From: Clostridiales bacterium
GTDB taxonomy: Bacteria > Bacillota > Clostridia > DUPQ01
Direction of reading: 5' to 3'
DNA length: 64,000 nt
Assembly: GCA_023145435.1 (NCBI GenBank)
Contig: JAGLDS010000003.1
Location: forward strand, 64,276 to 128,275
The translations under genes and the position numbers were made by a program. Below the pieces are notes generated by a model that was not told the origin of the DNA, made no database searches, and saw nothing but the letters and a program-made list of their open reading frames with translations. This document shows, piece after piece, positions 25,847 through 34,857 of the stretch. Numbering within the stretch: position 1 is the stretch's first letter; each line of letters opens with the position of its first letter.

Positions 25847-26863
25847 ATGAAGAGTTATATATATAAAGACAATGTGTTTGAAATTGAAGGAGCATTATCA
25901 ATTTATGATGGTAATGATTTTACACAACCATGGCGAATTGATTTTAATAGAAAACAATTGTTTCCATATTTAAATGATGATTTTCAAGGAGGTGCTTGTT
26001 CAGGTGTTAGAATTGCTTTTGTATCTGACTGCACTCTATTGGCTATTGATATTGTAGAAACCCATGAAAGGGATACGGGTTTTCATGATGTCATGTTAAT
26101 TGATCTTGTTATTGATGGAAAGTTGATTGAAACACTACCTCTTAATCAAGGTAAAGGAGTCTATACATTTGCAAAATTATCAATTGGATTTAAGAAAGTG
26201 GAATTATGGCTTGATCATGCTTTTCCAGTTAAGTTTACTAAATTATTGATTAATGATAATGCTATGATGAAAAAAAGCAAAAGTCCAAAATATCGTTGGG
26301 TTCACTATGGTAGTTCTATTAGCCATTCTGTGCGGGCAAAAACTCCTGCTACAATCTGGCCGGGTATTGTTGCATTGCAAGAAAAAATTCATGTTACAAA
26401 TTTAGGATTTGGTGGAAATTGTATATTAGATCCAATAATAGGTCATGAAATGAGTCAACTAAATGCTGATATATTTACTTTAAAGTTAGGGATTAATGTC
26501 CATGGCGGCCGACTAAATATACGAAGTTTTGAGCCATGTATTATTGGATTAATTGAAACAATTAGGCAAAATCATATAAAAACACCAATTGTGTTAATTT
26601 CACCTATTATTGCTCCTGAATATGAAAATACTAAGGGATTATCTGAGATGAGTCTATCTGATATGAGAGATATTTTACAATTAGTTGTTACAAATTATAA
26701 TAATCTAGGAGATAAAAATATCTATTATGTAGATGGATTGGAAATTATGGGACAAGAAGGGCTGAAATATATGCCAGATAATGTTCACCCTGACGGACCG
26801 GGTCAATTTATACTGGCAGATAATTTTATTAAGAATGTTGTGAATAAATATTTTTATAGATAG
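25847..26863 (+). CDS. SGNH/GDSL-type hydrolase (carbohydrate esterase-like) with an N-terminal beta-sandwich domain
   Basis: Block I VHYGSSISHS (Ser nucleophile), block III GINV, block V DNVHPDG (DxxH). Confidence 0.65.
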   Translation: MKSYIYKDNVFEIEGALSIYDGNDFTQPWRIDFNRKQLFPYLNDDFQGGACSGVRIAFVSDCTLLAIDIVETHERDTGFHDVMLIDLVIDGKLIETLPLNQGKGVYTFAKLSIGFKKVELWLDHAFPVKFTKLLINDNAMMKKSKSPKYRWVHYGSSISHSVRAKTPATIWPGIVALQEKIHVTNLGFGGNCILDPIIGHEMSQLNADIFTLKLGINVHGGRLNIRSFEPCIIGLIETIRQNHIKTPIVLISPIIAPEYENTKGLSEMSLSDMRDILQLVVTNYNNLGDKNIYYVDGLEIMGQEGLKYMPDNVHPDGPGQFILADNFIKNVVNKYFYR

Positions 26864-27023
26864 GAATATTTAATGAAATTTAGAAATATATATCAAATAA
26901 AAGAAATAAATGGATTAAGAAACAAATAGATGAAATTATGGTATATTATCAATGGATGGGTTGATGATGTTGATAAACAAACAACCTATCTAGAATCTAT
27001 ATGTGATGTGGGGTGAATAAACA

Positions 27024-28046
27024 ATGTTTGAAAAACTATATCAACCTAGTAATTTTATAGCTAAAAGAGAAAGTAGTTATGATTTAACAGGAGGCAATGA
27101 AGACAAAAAGGAAATTGCTTCAGGAGAAACCTTGATTTTAGCTAATCTTGAGGGACCAGGAAAAATTGTTCACATCTGGTGTACTATTGCAGCTGAGCAA
27201 TTGCCTTTATTTAATAGAATGCTAGTGTTACGGTTTTATTGGGATAATGAAGAAACGCCTAGTGTAGAGTGTCCTATTGGTGATTTTTTTGGAGCAGGTC
27301 ATGGGATGGAAGCTGATTGTAAAGCGTTACCGATTAATTCGGTTAATGGTGGAAAAGGAAGAAATATATTCTTTGAAATGCCATTTGCTAAAAAGGCACG
27401 ATTAACAGTAACTAATGAAGGAAAATTTCCAGTTCGTTCTTTTTACTATAACATTGATTGGCAACAACATAGTAGTCTTCCTAAAGATATTATGTATTTT
27501 CATGCAATATATAAACAAGAATACCCAACAACAATTGGAAATGATTATATAATCGCTGACATTGTTGGACAAGGAAATTATGTGGGAACAGTACTAAATG
27601 TAGAAAAAGCAGAAAAACCTGGTTGGTATGGTGAAGGTGATGAAAAAATCTATATTGATGGAGAAGATTACCCTTCTATTTGGGGAACAGGAACAGAAGA
27701 CTACTTTTTAACTGCATGGTATCCTCATGTGTACCATTCTGCTTATTCAGGTTTTTCAATATATGAAGGTATTAATAGACCTGGAAACAAGTTGACAGGA
27801 TATCGCTTTCACATACAAGATCCAATTCCTTTTACAAAGAAATTAAAATTTGTAATTGAACATGCTTGGACCATAAAAAATGAAAAATTTTGTGATAATT
27901 ATTCTTCAGTAGCTTATTGGTATCAAATAGAGCCACATAGTATTAGAGAACCTTTTCCAGATGCTAATAGTAGGAGACCAAAATATCCTGAAAATGTCCT
28001 CTATGATGATCATTGGGAAAAAGGGAATAATAAAAAGGGATATTAA
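27024..28046 (+). CDS. DUF2961 / glycoside hydrolase family 172-like protein
   Basis: WYGEGDEKIYIDGE ... GTGTEDYF motif block characteristic of DUF2961. 340 aa, no signal peptide. Confidence 0.65.
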   Translation: MFEKLYQPSNFIAKRESSYDLTGGNEDKKEIASGETLILANLEGPGKIVHIWCTIAAEQLPLFNRMLVLRFYWDNEETPSVECPIGDFFGAGHGMEADCKALPINSVNGGKGRNIFFEMPFAKKARLTVTNEGKFPVRSFYYNIDWQQHSSLPKDIMYFHAIYKQEYPTTIGNDYIIADIVGQGNYVGTVLNVEKAEKPGWYGEGDEKIYIDGEDYPSIWGTGTEDYFLTAWYPHVYHSAYSGFSIYEGINRPGNKLTGYRFHIQDPIPFTKKLKFVIEHAWTIKNEKFCDNYSSVAYWYQIEPHSIREPFPDANSRRPKYPENVLYDDHWEKGNNKKGY

Positions 28047-28111
28047 CTTAATATGGTTGAAGTTTAAATGGCTCTTAGTTTGTGTATAATAAGCATAGTG
28101 GAGGAACATGT

Positions 28112-29584
28112 ATGAACATATCAAATGAAAACGCTATTTTTGTTATATTTGGCGGAACTGGAGATTTAACAAAACGAAAGTTAATACCAGCTTTATACAA
28201 TTTAGAAATAGAAAAAAAATTATCTGAAAAATTTATAATTGTAGCTATTGGGCGACGAGACTATACTACAGAGTTTTATCGCAAGCAAATGAAAGAGGCA
28301 ATAATAGAATTCTCAGGGGATACCTTTAATGAAAAAGATTGGAATAAATTTGTAATAAAAATTTCATATTTACGATTTGATTTTTCACACACTTGTGAAG
28401 GATATACTATTCTTGATAAGTATTTAAGTAAGATTGATAAAGAAAATGGTATTAATGGTAATAGAATTTATTATTTAGCAGTACCTCCTAGTTCTTTTGA
28501 GCCAATTATAAATAATTTGCACTGTCGTAAAATGCTATTAAATAAAGATAATTGGCAGCGAGTTATGGTAGAAAAGCCATTTGGATCAAATTTAAAAAGT
28601 GCTAGAGAATTAAATGAAAATATATCAAAAAGTATTAAAGAGAAAAATCTATTTAGAATTGATCATTATTTAGGAAAAGAAATGATCCAAAATATTATGG
28701 CTATTCGTTTTGGTAATTCCATTTTTGAACCACTGTGGAATCACCAATACATTGAGAATATTCAAATAATTTCTAGTGAGACTATAGGGGTAAAAAGTCG
28801 TGGCTCATATTATGAGGCAACAGGTGTATTAAAAGACATGTTACAAAATCACATTTTACAGATGTTATCACTAATTGCCATGGAACCACCTATTAGTTTG
28901 TTACCAGAAGAAATTAGAGATGAAAAAGTAAAAGCTATTAAATCATTACGAATAGATCATGGAGAAAAAGTTGAAGATACTATTGTATTAGGACAATATG
29001 GTGAATCACCATCACATATAGGTTATCGTGATGAAGATAATGTTAATAGTAAATCTAAAGTGCCAACTTTTATTGCAATGAAAGCTTATATTGATAATTT
29101 TAGATGGAGCGGAGTACCTTTTTATATAAAAGTAGGAAAAGGGCTACCAGAAAAGGAAACAAAAATTATAATACAATTTAAAAAACTACCAGGCATTAAT
29201 CACTATGAAGAATTTAATAATACAAAACCCAATATGTTAGTCATAAGAATACAACCAAATGAAGGGATTTATTTTCAAATCAATGCTAAAACACCTGGTA
29301 ATGAATTTAAAGTAAACAGTGTTGAAATGGATTATTGCCAAAAATCAGCAATATCAAGTAATTCAACAGCTGCATACGAGAGGTTAATTATTGAAGCAAT
29401 TAGAAATAATTCTTCACTATTTACAAGATGGGATGAATTAGAATATTCGTGGAAATATATTGAGAGTATTGAACAAGCTATAAAAAGTTATAACTATCAA
29501 TACCCTAATTATGTTTTTGGGACAGAAGGTCCTACTATGGCAGATAAATTGCTAGAAAGTAATCATAAGTGGTACAAGTCATGA
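28112..29584 (+). CDS. zwf: Glucose-6-phosphate 1-dehydrogenase
   Basis: FGGTGDLTKRKL, EKPFG, RIDHYLGKE. I chose ATG 28112 (GGAGGA at 28100-28105, 6-nt spacing) rather than the track's 28082. Confidence 0.85.
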   Translation: MNISNENAIFVIFGGTGDLTKRKLIPALYNLEIEKKLSEKFIIVAIGRRDYTTEFYRKQMKEAIIEFSGDTFNEKDWNKFVIKISYLRFDFSHTCEGYTILDKYLSKIDKENGINGNRIYYLAVPPSSFEPIINNLHCRKMLLNKDNWQRVMVEKPFGSNLKSARELNENISKSIKEKNLFRIDHYLGKEMIQNIMAIRFGNSIFEPLWNHQYIENIQIISSETIGVKSRGSYYEATGVLKDMLQNHILQMLSLIAMEPPISLLPEEIRDEKVKAIKSLRIDHGEKVEDTIVLGQYGESPSHIGYRDEDNVNSKSKVPTFIAMKAYIDNFRWSGVPFYIKVGKGLPEKETKIIIQFKKLPGINHYEEFNNTKPNMLVIRIQPNEGIYFQINAKTPGNEFKVNSVEMDYCQKSAISSNSTAAYERLIIEAIRNNSSLFTRWDELEYSWKYIESIEQAIKSYNYQYPNYVFGTEGPTMADKLLESNHKWYKS

Positions 29585-30201
29585 AAATATATGATGTTTC
29601 TATGACCATCAATGAACAAATGATGGTCTATAAAAATATAGAAGAGAAAAAACCAAAAATAACGATTTTAAAAACTTATAAAGAGAATCAATATAATGAA
29701 TCATCAATTACGATAGATATACATACAGGAACACATATTGATGCTCCTTTTCATATGATTGATAAAGGTGAAACTATTGAAAGTATTCCATTAGAAAAAT
29801 TAGTTACAAATTGCCAAGTACTAGATTTGACAGAAATAAAGGATGGTATAGAAAAAAAACATTTGCAATCAAGGAAGATAAAAGAAGGTTCATTTATTCT
29901 CTTTAAAACACAAAACTCATATACTGAATTTTTTGATAGTAACTTTATTTACCTTAAAAAAAGTGGTGCTGAGTACTTAGTTGAGAAAAAAATCAAAGGT
30001 GTAGGTATTGACGCTTTGGGAATTGAACGTGGACAGAAAAATCATGATACTCATACTATACTAATGAATCAAAAAATTATTATTGTGGAAGGATTACGGT
30101 TAAAAGATGTTTTAGAAGGAGAGTATAAGATGATTGCTTTACCTCTTAAAATTGAAGGTACAGATGGCGCACCTGCAAGAATTATCTTAATGAGTGAGTG
30201 A
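29581..30201 (+). CDS. Cyclase-family metal-dependent hydrolase (kynurenine formamidase / isatin hydrolase fold)
   Basis: HTGTHIDAPFH motif. ATG 29581 overlaps the zwf stop (ATGA); the track's start at 29569 is less likely. Confidence 0.7.
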   Translation: MKIYDVSMTINEQMMVYKNIEEKKPKITILKTYKENQYNESSITIDIHTGTHIDAPFHMIDKGETIESIPLEKLVTNCQVLDLTEIKDGIEKKHLQSRKIKEGSFILFKTQNSYTEFFDSNFIYLKKSGAEYLVEKKIKGVGIDALGIERGQKNHDTHTILMNQKIIIVEGLRLKDVLEGEYKMIALPLKIEGTDGAPARIILMSE

Positions 30202-30263
30202 AAACAAGAAAAAACGAAAAAAGTAGTTAGTAGGTGAACTTTTTGTTTAACATTTTCTTTAAA

Positions 30264-30272
30264 TGGTATAAT
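30264..30272 (+). promoter_or_regulatory. Extended -10 promoter element upstream of the TrxR / redoxin / ferritin genes
   Basis: Perfect TGgTATAAT (TG 30264-30265, TATAAT 30267-30272), 38 nt upstream of ATG 30310. Confidence 0.45.
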
Positions 30273-30309
30273 ATAATAGAAATAAAAGGTTCGTAAGAAA
30301 GGTAACAAA

Positions 30310-31284
30310 ATGGCAATTGATTTTAGTTTAAATGTAGGAACTACAAAAAGTAAGAGAGTAAAAAGCGATAAGCTTTATGATACTTTGATTATTGGTGGTG
30401 GTCCTGCAGGTTTAAATGCAGCTTTATATGCCAAAAGAAAAGGATTACAGGTTGGCATACTTACACAAAGAATAGGCGGACAAGTATTAGATACAAAAGT
30501 TGTAGAAAACTATTTAGGATATACAAAAATTACTGGTGAAGAACTTATGAGAGAATTTGAAGATCATGTGAATGAATATGATGTTCCTATTTCTGACGAA
30601 ATGCAAGTTAAGCAAATAAAATGCGAAGAATATAAAGAAATCCACACAACAACTGATGAGGTATATAAAGCTAAGACAGTTATTATAGCAACGGGGAGTA
30701 TTCCAAGAATGTTAGGAATACCTGGTGAAAAAGAATTTAATGGAAAAGGTGTTTCTTATTGTGCAATTTGTGATGGCTCATTGTATCAAGACGGTATAGT
30801 CATGGTAATTGGTGGTGGTAATGCAGCTATTGGTAGTGCACTTGATTTATCAAGAATAGCTAAAAAGGTTATGATTGTTCATAGAAGTACATTTAGAGCA
30901 GACCAAATTCTTTTAGATAGGTTAAACGAACAAAAAAACATAGATATATATTTGGAAACTGAGATTAAAGAAATTAAAGGACAATCAAAAATGACTCATG
31001 TTATTACTTATGATAAAGATACAAAATTAGAAAAATCAATTAATGTAGAAGGTTTATTTGTTGAAATAGGACATGTTCCTAGAACAGAATATTTAAACGG
31101 ACTTATTGAATTGGAAAATAATGGTGAAATCATCGTAGATAGCAATGGAGAGACTAGTGAACCTGGTATCTTTGCAGCAGGTGATGTGACCAATGTAAAA
31201 TATAAACAAATTGTTATTGCAGCCGCTGAGGGAGCAAAAGCCGCCTTAAGCGCTACAGAATATATTAATAAAGGAAAACATTAA
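30310..31284 (+). CDS. Thioredoxin-reductase / AhpF-C-terminal-like NAD(P)H disulfide reductase
   Basis: LIIGGGPAGLNAA, redox-active CAICDG, GGGNAAIGSALDLS ... VHRSTFRA. Confidence 0.8.
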   Translation: MAIDFSLNVGTTKSKRVKSDKLYDTLIIGGGPAGLNAALYAKRKGLQVGILTQRIGGQVLDTKVVENYLGYTKITGEELMREFEDHVNEYDVPISDEMQVKQIKCEEYKEIHTTTDEVYKAKTVIIATGSIPRMLGIPGEKEFNGKGVSYCAICDGSLYQDGIVMVIGGGNAAIGSALDLSRIAKKVMIVHRSTFRADQILLDRLNEQKNIDIYLETEIKEIKGQSKMTHVITYDKDTKLEKSINVEGLFVEIGHVPRTEYLNGLIELENNGEIIVDSNGETSEPGIFAAGDVTNVKYKQIVIAAAEGAKAALSATEYINKGKH

Positions 31285-31302
31285 TTAGGAGGAAGAGAAA
31301 AA

Positions 31303-31938
31303 ATGGCAATGATAGACGACAACTCAAAAAATCAAATTAAAACAATTTTTGAGCAACTAAAAGAACAGGTTAACGTGGTTCTTATAGTGAAAAAGGAAGA
31401 ATGTGAAACTTGTTCTGATACACAAACATTTGTAACAGAAATGACTGACATTAGTGAAAAACTAACCTTAGAGGTTCTTGATGAAAGTGATGATAAAGCA
31501 AAAGAATTCGGTGTAACTATGTACCCTGCTATTATATTACTTGATAAGGATAATAAAGATTACGGAATTAAATTTTATGGGATTCCAGCAGGGCATGAAA
31601 TTAACTCATTTATCATGGGATTAATTGAAGTTTCAGGAGCAGGAGAACAATTACCAGAAGATGTTGTTAAAAAAATTGAAGCAATTAACAAACCAATAGA
31701 CATCAAAGTATTTATTACTTTAAGCTGTCCTCACTGCCCAGGTGCAGTTGCAAAAGCACATAAACTAGCTTTTATGAATAAAAACGTTAATGCAGAGATG
31801 ATTGAAGCAAATACATTTGGTGAAATATCAACAAAATATAATGTAAGTGGTGTTCCTAAAATTGTTATCAATGAAGATACAGAATTATTAGGTGACCAAC
31901 CATTAAATGCGTTTTTATCTGCAATTGAAAATTTATAG
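31303..31938 (+). CDS. Glutaredoxin-like / protein-disulfide-oxidoreductase (PDO, AhpF-N-terminal-like) protein with two Trx-fold units
   Basis: Two CxxC sites: CETC in unit 1 and CPHCPGAV in unit 2. 211 aa. Confidence 0.7.
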   Translation: MAMIDDNSKNQIKTIFEQLKEQVNVVLIVKKEECETCSDTQTFVTEMTDISEKLTLEVLDESDDKAKEFGVTMYPAIILLDKDNKDYGIKFYGIPAGHEINSFIMGLIEVSGAGEQLPEDVVKKIEAINKPIDIKVFITLSCPHCPGAVAKAHKLAFMNKNVNAEMIEANTFGEISTKYNVSGVPKIVINEDTELLGDQPLNAFLSAIENL

Positions 31939-31950
31939 AGGAGAAAGAGA

Positions 31951-32454
31951 ATGGATAAACGACTAGTTGATGAAATCAATAAACAGATCACCTATGAATT
32001 TTATTCAGCATTTCTATACTTATCTATGGCATCATATTGTGCTGAAAACAACTTACTAGGATTTGAGAATTGGTTCAAAGTACAAAAAGATGAAGAAGAG
32101 TTTCATGCAAACAAGTTTCTAGATTATTTGCATGAGCGAGATGAACATGTAATTATAACAGGATTTGATAACCCTCCAGAAGAGTTTACTTCTCTACTTG
32201 ACGTTTTAGAGAGATCTTTAGAACATGAAAAATTTGTTACAAGTAGAATAAGTTTATTACTGGATATTGCATATGAAGTAAAAGATTATGCAGCTATTGA
32301 TTTTTTAAATTGGTATATTAAGGAACAAACAGAAGAAGAAAGTTCTTTTAAAACATTAATTGGCCAAGTAAAATTGATGGGTGATATAGGACCTGGTGTA
32401 TTTCAACTAGATAGAGAAGCAGGTACTAGAGTATTTACTCCACCAATTGCGTAA
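31951..32454 (+). CDS. Non-haem ferritin
   Basis: INKQITYEFYSAFLYLSMASY, EEEFHANKF (ExxH), LEHEKFV. 167 aa. Confidence 0.85.
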   Translation: MDKRLVDEINKQITYEFYSAFLYLSMASYCAENNLLGFENWFKVQKDEEEFHANKFLDYLHERDEHVIITGFDNPPEEFTSLLDVLERSLEHEKFVTSRISLLLDIAYEVKDYAAIDFLNWYIKEQTEEESSFKTLIGQVKLMGDIGPGVFQLDREAGTRVFTPPIA

Positions 32455-32474
32455 TAATAAAACTATTTTAAAAG

Positions 32475-32502
32475 CTACACAGGCAACTGTGTAGTTTTTT
32501 TT
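32475..32502 (+). terminator. Rho-independent terminator after ferritin
   Basis: ctacacag / gcaa / ctgtgtag is a perfect 8-bp stem, followed by T8. Confidence 0.85.
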
Positions 32503-32960
32503 ATAAATATTTAGTAAATTAACAAAACATGATAATCTATTTGCTAAGTTTGAGTAACAATATCATTAATTCATACTGAGAATAATTATTATCTTTATCT
32601 GCAGAAAAGTAAAAACTGGATAGTAGGGTATCATTTGCTTGTGATGGTAAGTGCTCTGGTTTAGTAGCAAATACAGGAATAACTAATGAATTTCTTTATA
32701 TTTATCCTATTATTAATTTGCAATTCATGTAAGACTTTATTGAAAGTATAACTTCTTAGAATTTTTCTTTAATTTATATACATATGAAAAAGTATAATGA
32801 GATGAGGTGAATAGCATTTGTTTTATGTTATTATTTAGATAGTTGTCTAAAAAATAGAAATATATACGGATAGTAATATAGGAGGATAAAGTGAAAGTTT
32901 TATTCACAATAGATTATGCTTATATAAAAGATATCATTATTCAATTACAATAAAAAAATA

Positions 32961-32969
32961 TGATATAAT
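32961..32969 (+). promoter_or_regulatory. Extended -10 element upstream of the AEC permease gene
   Basis: Perfect TGaTATAAT (TG 32961-32962, TATAAT 32964-32969). This argues for ATG 32987 rather than TTG 32975 as the start. Confidence 0.4.
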
Positions 32970-32986
32970 ATTAATTGAAGGTGGAA

Positions 32987-33922
32987 ATGGAAAAAATAGA
33001 TGTTATTATTAAAATAATACCGTTAGTTATTACCATTGTAATTGGATATTTTCTCTATAAAAGAAATATCATAAGCGATGGTGTAATTGATTTTCTAAAA
33101 AAACTAGTTGTAACTATCACGTTACCAGCTAGTTTATTATTATCTTTTATTCAAATTAAATTTCAAACAGTTTATGTATTAATTGTAATTGTAATTTTTG
33201 TAGTTTGTTTATTACTTTTATTTATTGGCAAACTAATTGCACGTATTTTTCATATTAAGTCACCATATTTTCCATATTTATTAACAGGCTTTGAAGTAGG
33301 GATGATTGGATTTGCTTTATTTAGTGGTATTTATGGTACTGAGGCTATCTCTTCTTTAGGAATAATTGATATTGGACACGAACTATTTATATTTATAGTA
33401 TTAGTCCCTTCAATTATGCTATCAACAGCAAAAAAGACAAATAAAAGTAAAGCTGTTCAGTCACTAACCCTTGCAAGTAAAGCCCCTGTTGTTTGGGCAA
33501 TTATAGTAGGGGTAAGTCTATCAATTGCTGGTATTTATAAACTAGAAGGTTCCATGATTTATACCACAATTATTGATAGTTTACGATTTATAAGTACTCC
33601 AACAGCATTTATAATATGTTTAGTTATTGGAAGTGGCCTTAAGTTATCACTAAAGGGAATGAAACTAGAGGTTATAACTGCTTTTGTAAAAGTAGCTATT
33701 GCATTAGTATTTGCAATATTATTAAGTAAGTTGTTATTAGCACCACTAAAACTTGATAACCTAGATATAGCTTTATATTCTATGTTTGTTCTACCAGCTC
33801 CATTTGTTATTACAGTATTCATGGATAGAAGCAATAAAGATGAGGTTAATTATGTTTCTAATACCTTATCAATTGGAACAATCATTGGGGTTATTCTGTT
33901 TCTAGTGATTTCTTTATTATAA
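32987..33922 (+). CDS. AEC (auxin efflux carrier) family permease
   Basis: About 10 TM segments. The N-terminus IIPLVITIVIGYFLYKRNIISDGVIDFLKKLVVTITLPASLL is typical of AEC/malate-permease-like proteins. AGGTGG SD just upstream. Confidence 0.6.
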   Translation: MEKIDVIIKIIPLVITIVIGYFLYKRNIISDGVIDFLKKLVVTITLPASLLLSFIQIKFQTVYVLIVIVIFVVCLLLLFIGKLIARIFHIKSPYFPYLLTGFEVGMIGFALFSGIYGTEAISSLGIIDIGHELFIFIVLVPSIMLSTAKKTNKSKAVQSLTLASKAPVVWAIIVGVSLSIAGIYKLEGSMIYTTIIDSLRFISTPTAFIICLVIGSGLKLSLKGMKLEVITAFVKVAIALVFAILLSKLLLAPLKLDNLDIALYSMFVLPAPFVITVFMDRSNKDEVNYVSNTLSIGTIIGVILFLVISLL

Positions 33923-33978
33923 GTTATAAAAAATGTATAATGAATGTGTAAGGTTTATTTCATAAAAAGGAGTAAAAT

Positions 33979-34851
33979 ATGAAAATTATTGAAACAACAA
34001 ATCTGACTAAGTTTTATGGAAAGAATAAAGGGATTGAAGATGTATCTTTATCAATAAACGAAGGAGAGATATTTGGATTTATTGGGCCAAATGGTGCAGG
34101 TAAATCAACTACTATTAGATTATTACTGTCATTAATTTATCCAACTAGTGGTAAAGCTACTATTTTCGGTAAAAACTGTTTCAAATATGGTCATGAAATT
34201 AGAAATGATATTGGTTATTTACCATCTGAAGTATTCTATTACGATAAAATGCGTGTAAAAGAGTTGTTAAAATATTCAGCAAGTTTTTATAAAGGAGACC
34301 ATAGTAAAAGAATAATAGAACTTGCAGATATAATGGAACTTGATTTAAATAGAAAAATAGATGAGCTCTCTTATGGGAACAAGAAAAAGGTTGGAATTGT
34401 GCAAGGGTTACTTCATCAACCTAAATTAATTATATTAGATGAACCTACAAGTGGATTAGATCCGTTAATGCAACAAAAATTCTTTGATCTTATTTTAGAA
34501 GAGAATAAGAAGGGTGCTACTGTCTTTTTCTCATCACATATTTTAGGTGAAGTACAAAAACTATGTAATAGAGTTGCAATTATTAGAGAAGGACATATAG
34601 TAAAGATTGAGGATATCAAGACTTTACGAAATGATAATTATAAAAAGGTATCTATTAGAACAAGTAATCATAATCAGAAAGTATTTGCAATTGAAGGTAT
34701 TAGTAATATTGAGCAAGTTGATGGTGAAATCAATTTCTTTTTCAACGGTGATATAAATGTTTTATTATCATTAATAACTAAGCATAAAGTTAATGATGTT
34801 ATTATAGAAGAGCCAACACTTGAAGAAATATTCATGCATTATTATAAGTAG
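33979..34851 (+). CDS. ABC transporter ATP-binding protein (ABC-2 type exporter)
   Basis: Walker A GPNGAGKST, signature LSYGNKKK, Walker B LIILDEPTSGLD. Confidence 0.9.
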   Translation: MKIIETTNLTKFYGKNKGIEDVSLSINEGEIFGFIGPNGAGKSTTIRLLLSLIYPTSGKATIFGKNCFKYGHEIRNDIGYLPSEVFYYDKMRVKELLKYSASFYKGDHSKRIIELADIMELDLNRKIDELSYGNKKKVGIVQGLLHQPKLIILDEPTSGLDPLMQQKFFDLILEENKKGATVFFSSHILGEVQKLCNRVAIIREGHIVKIEDIKTLRNDNYKKVSIRTSNHNQKVFAIEGISNIEQVDGEINFFFNGDINVLLSLITKHKVNDVIIEEPTLEEIFMHYYK

Positions 34852-34857
34852 GAGGAT

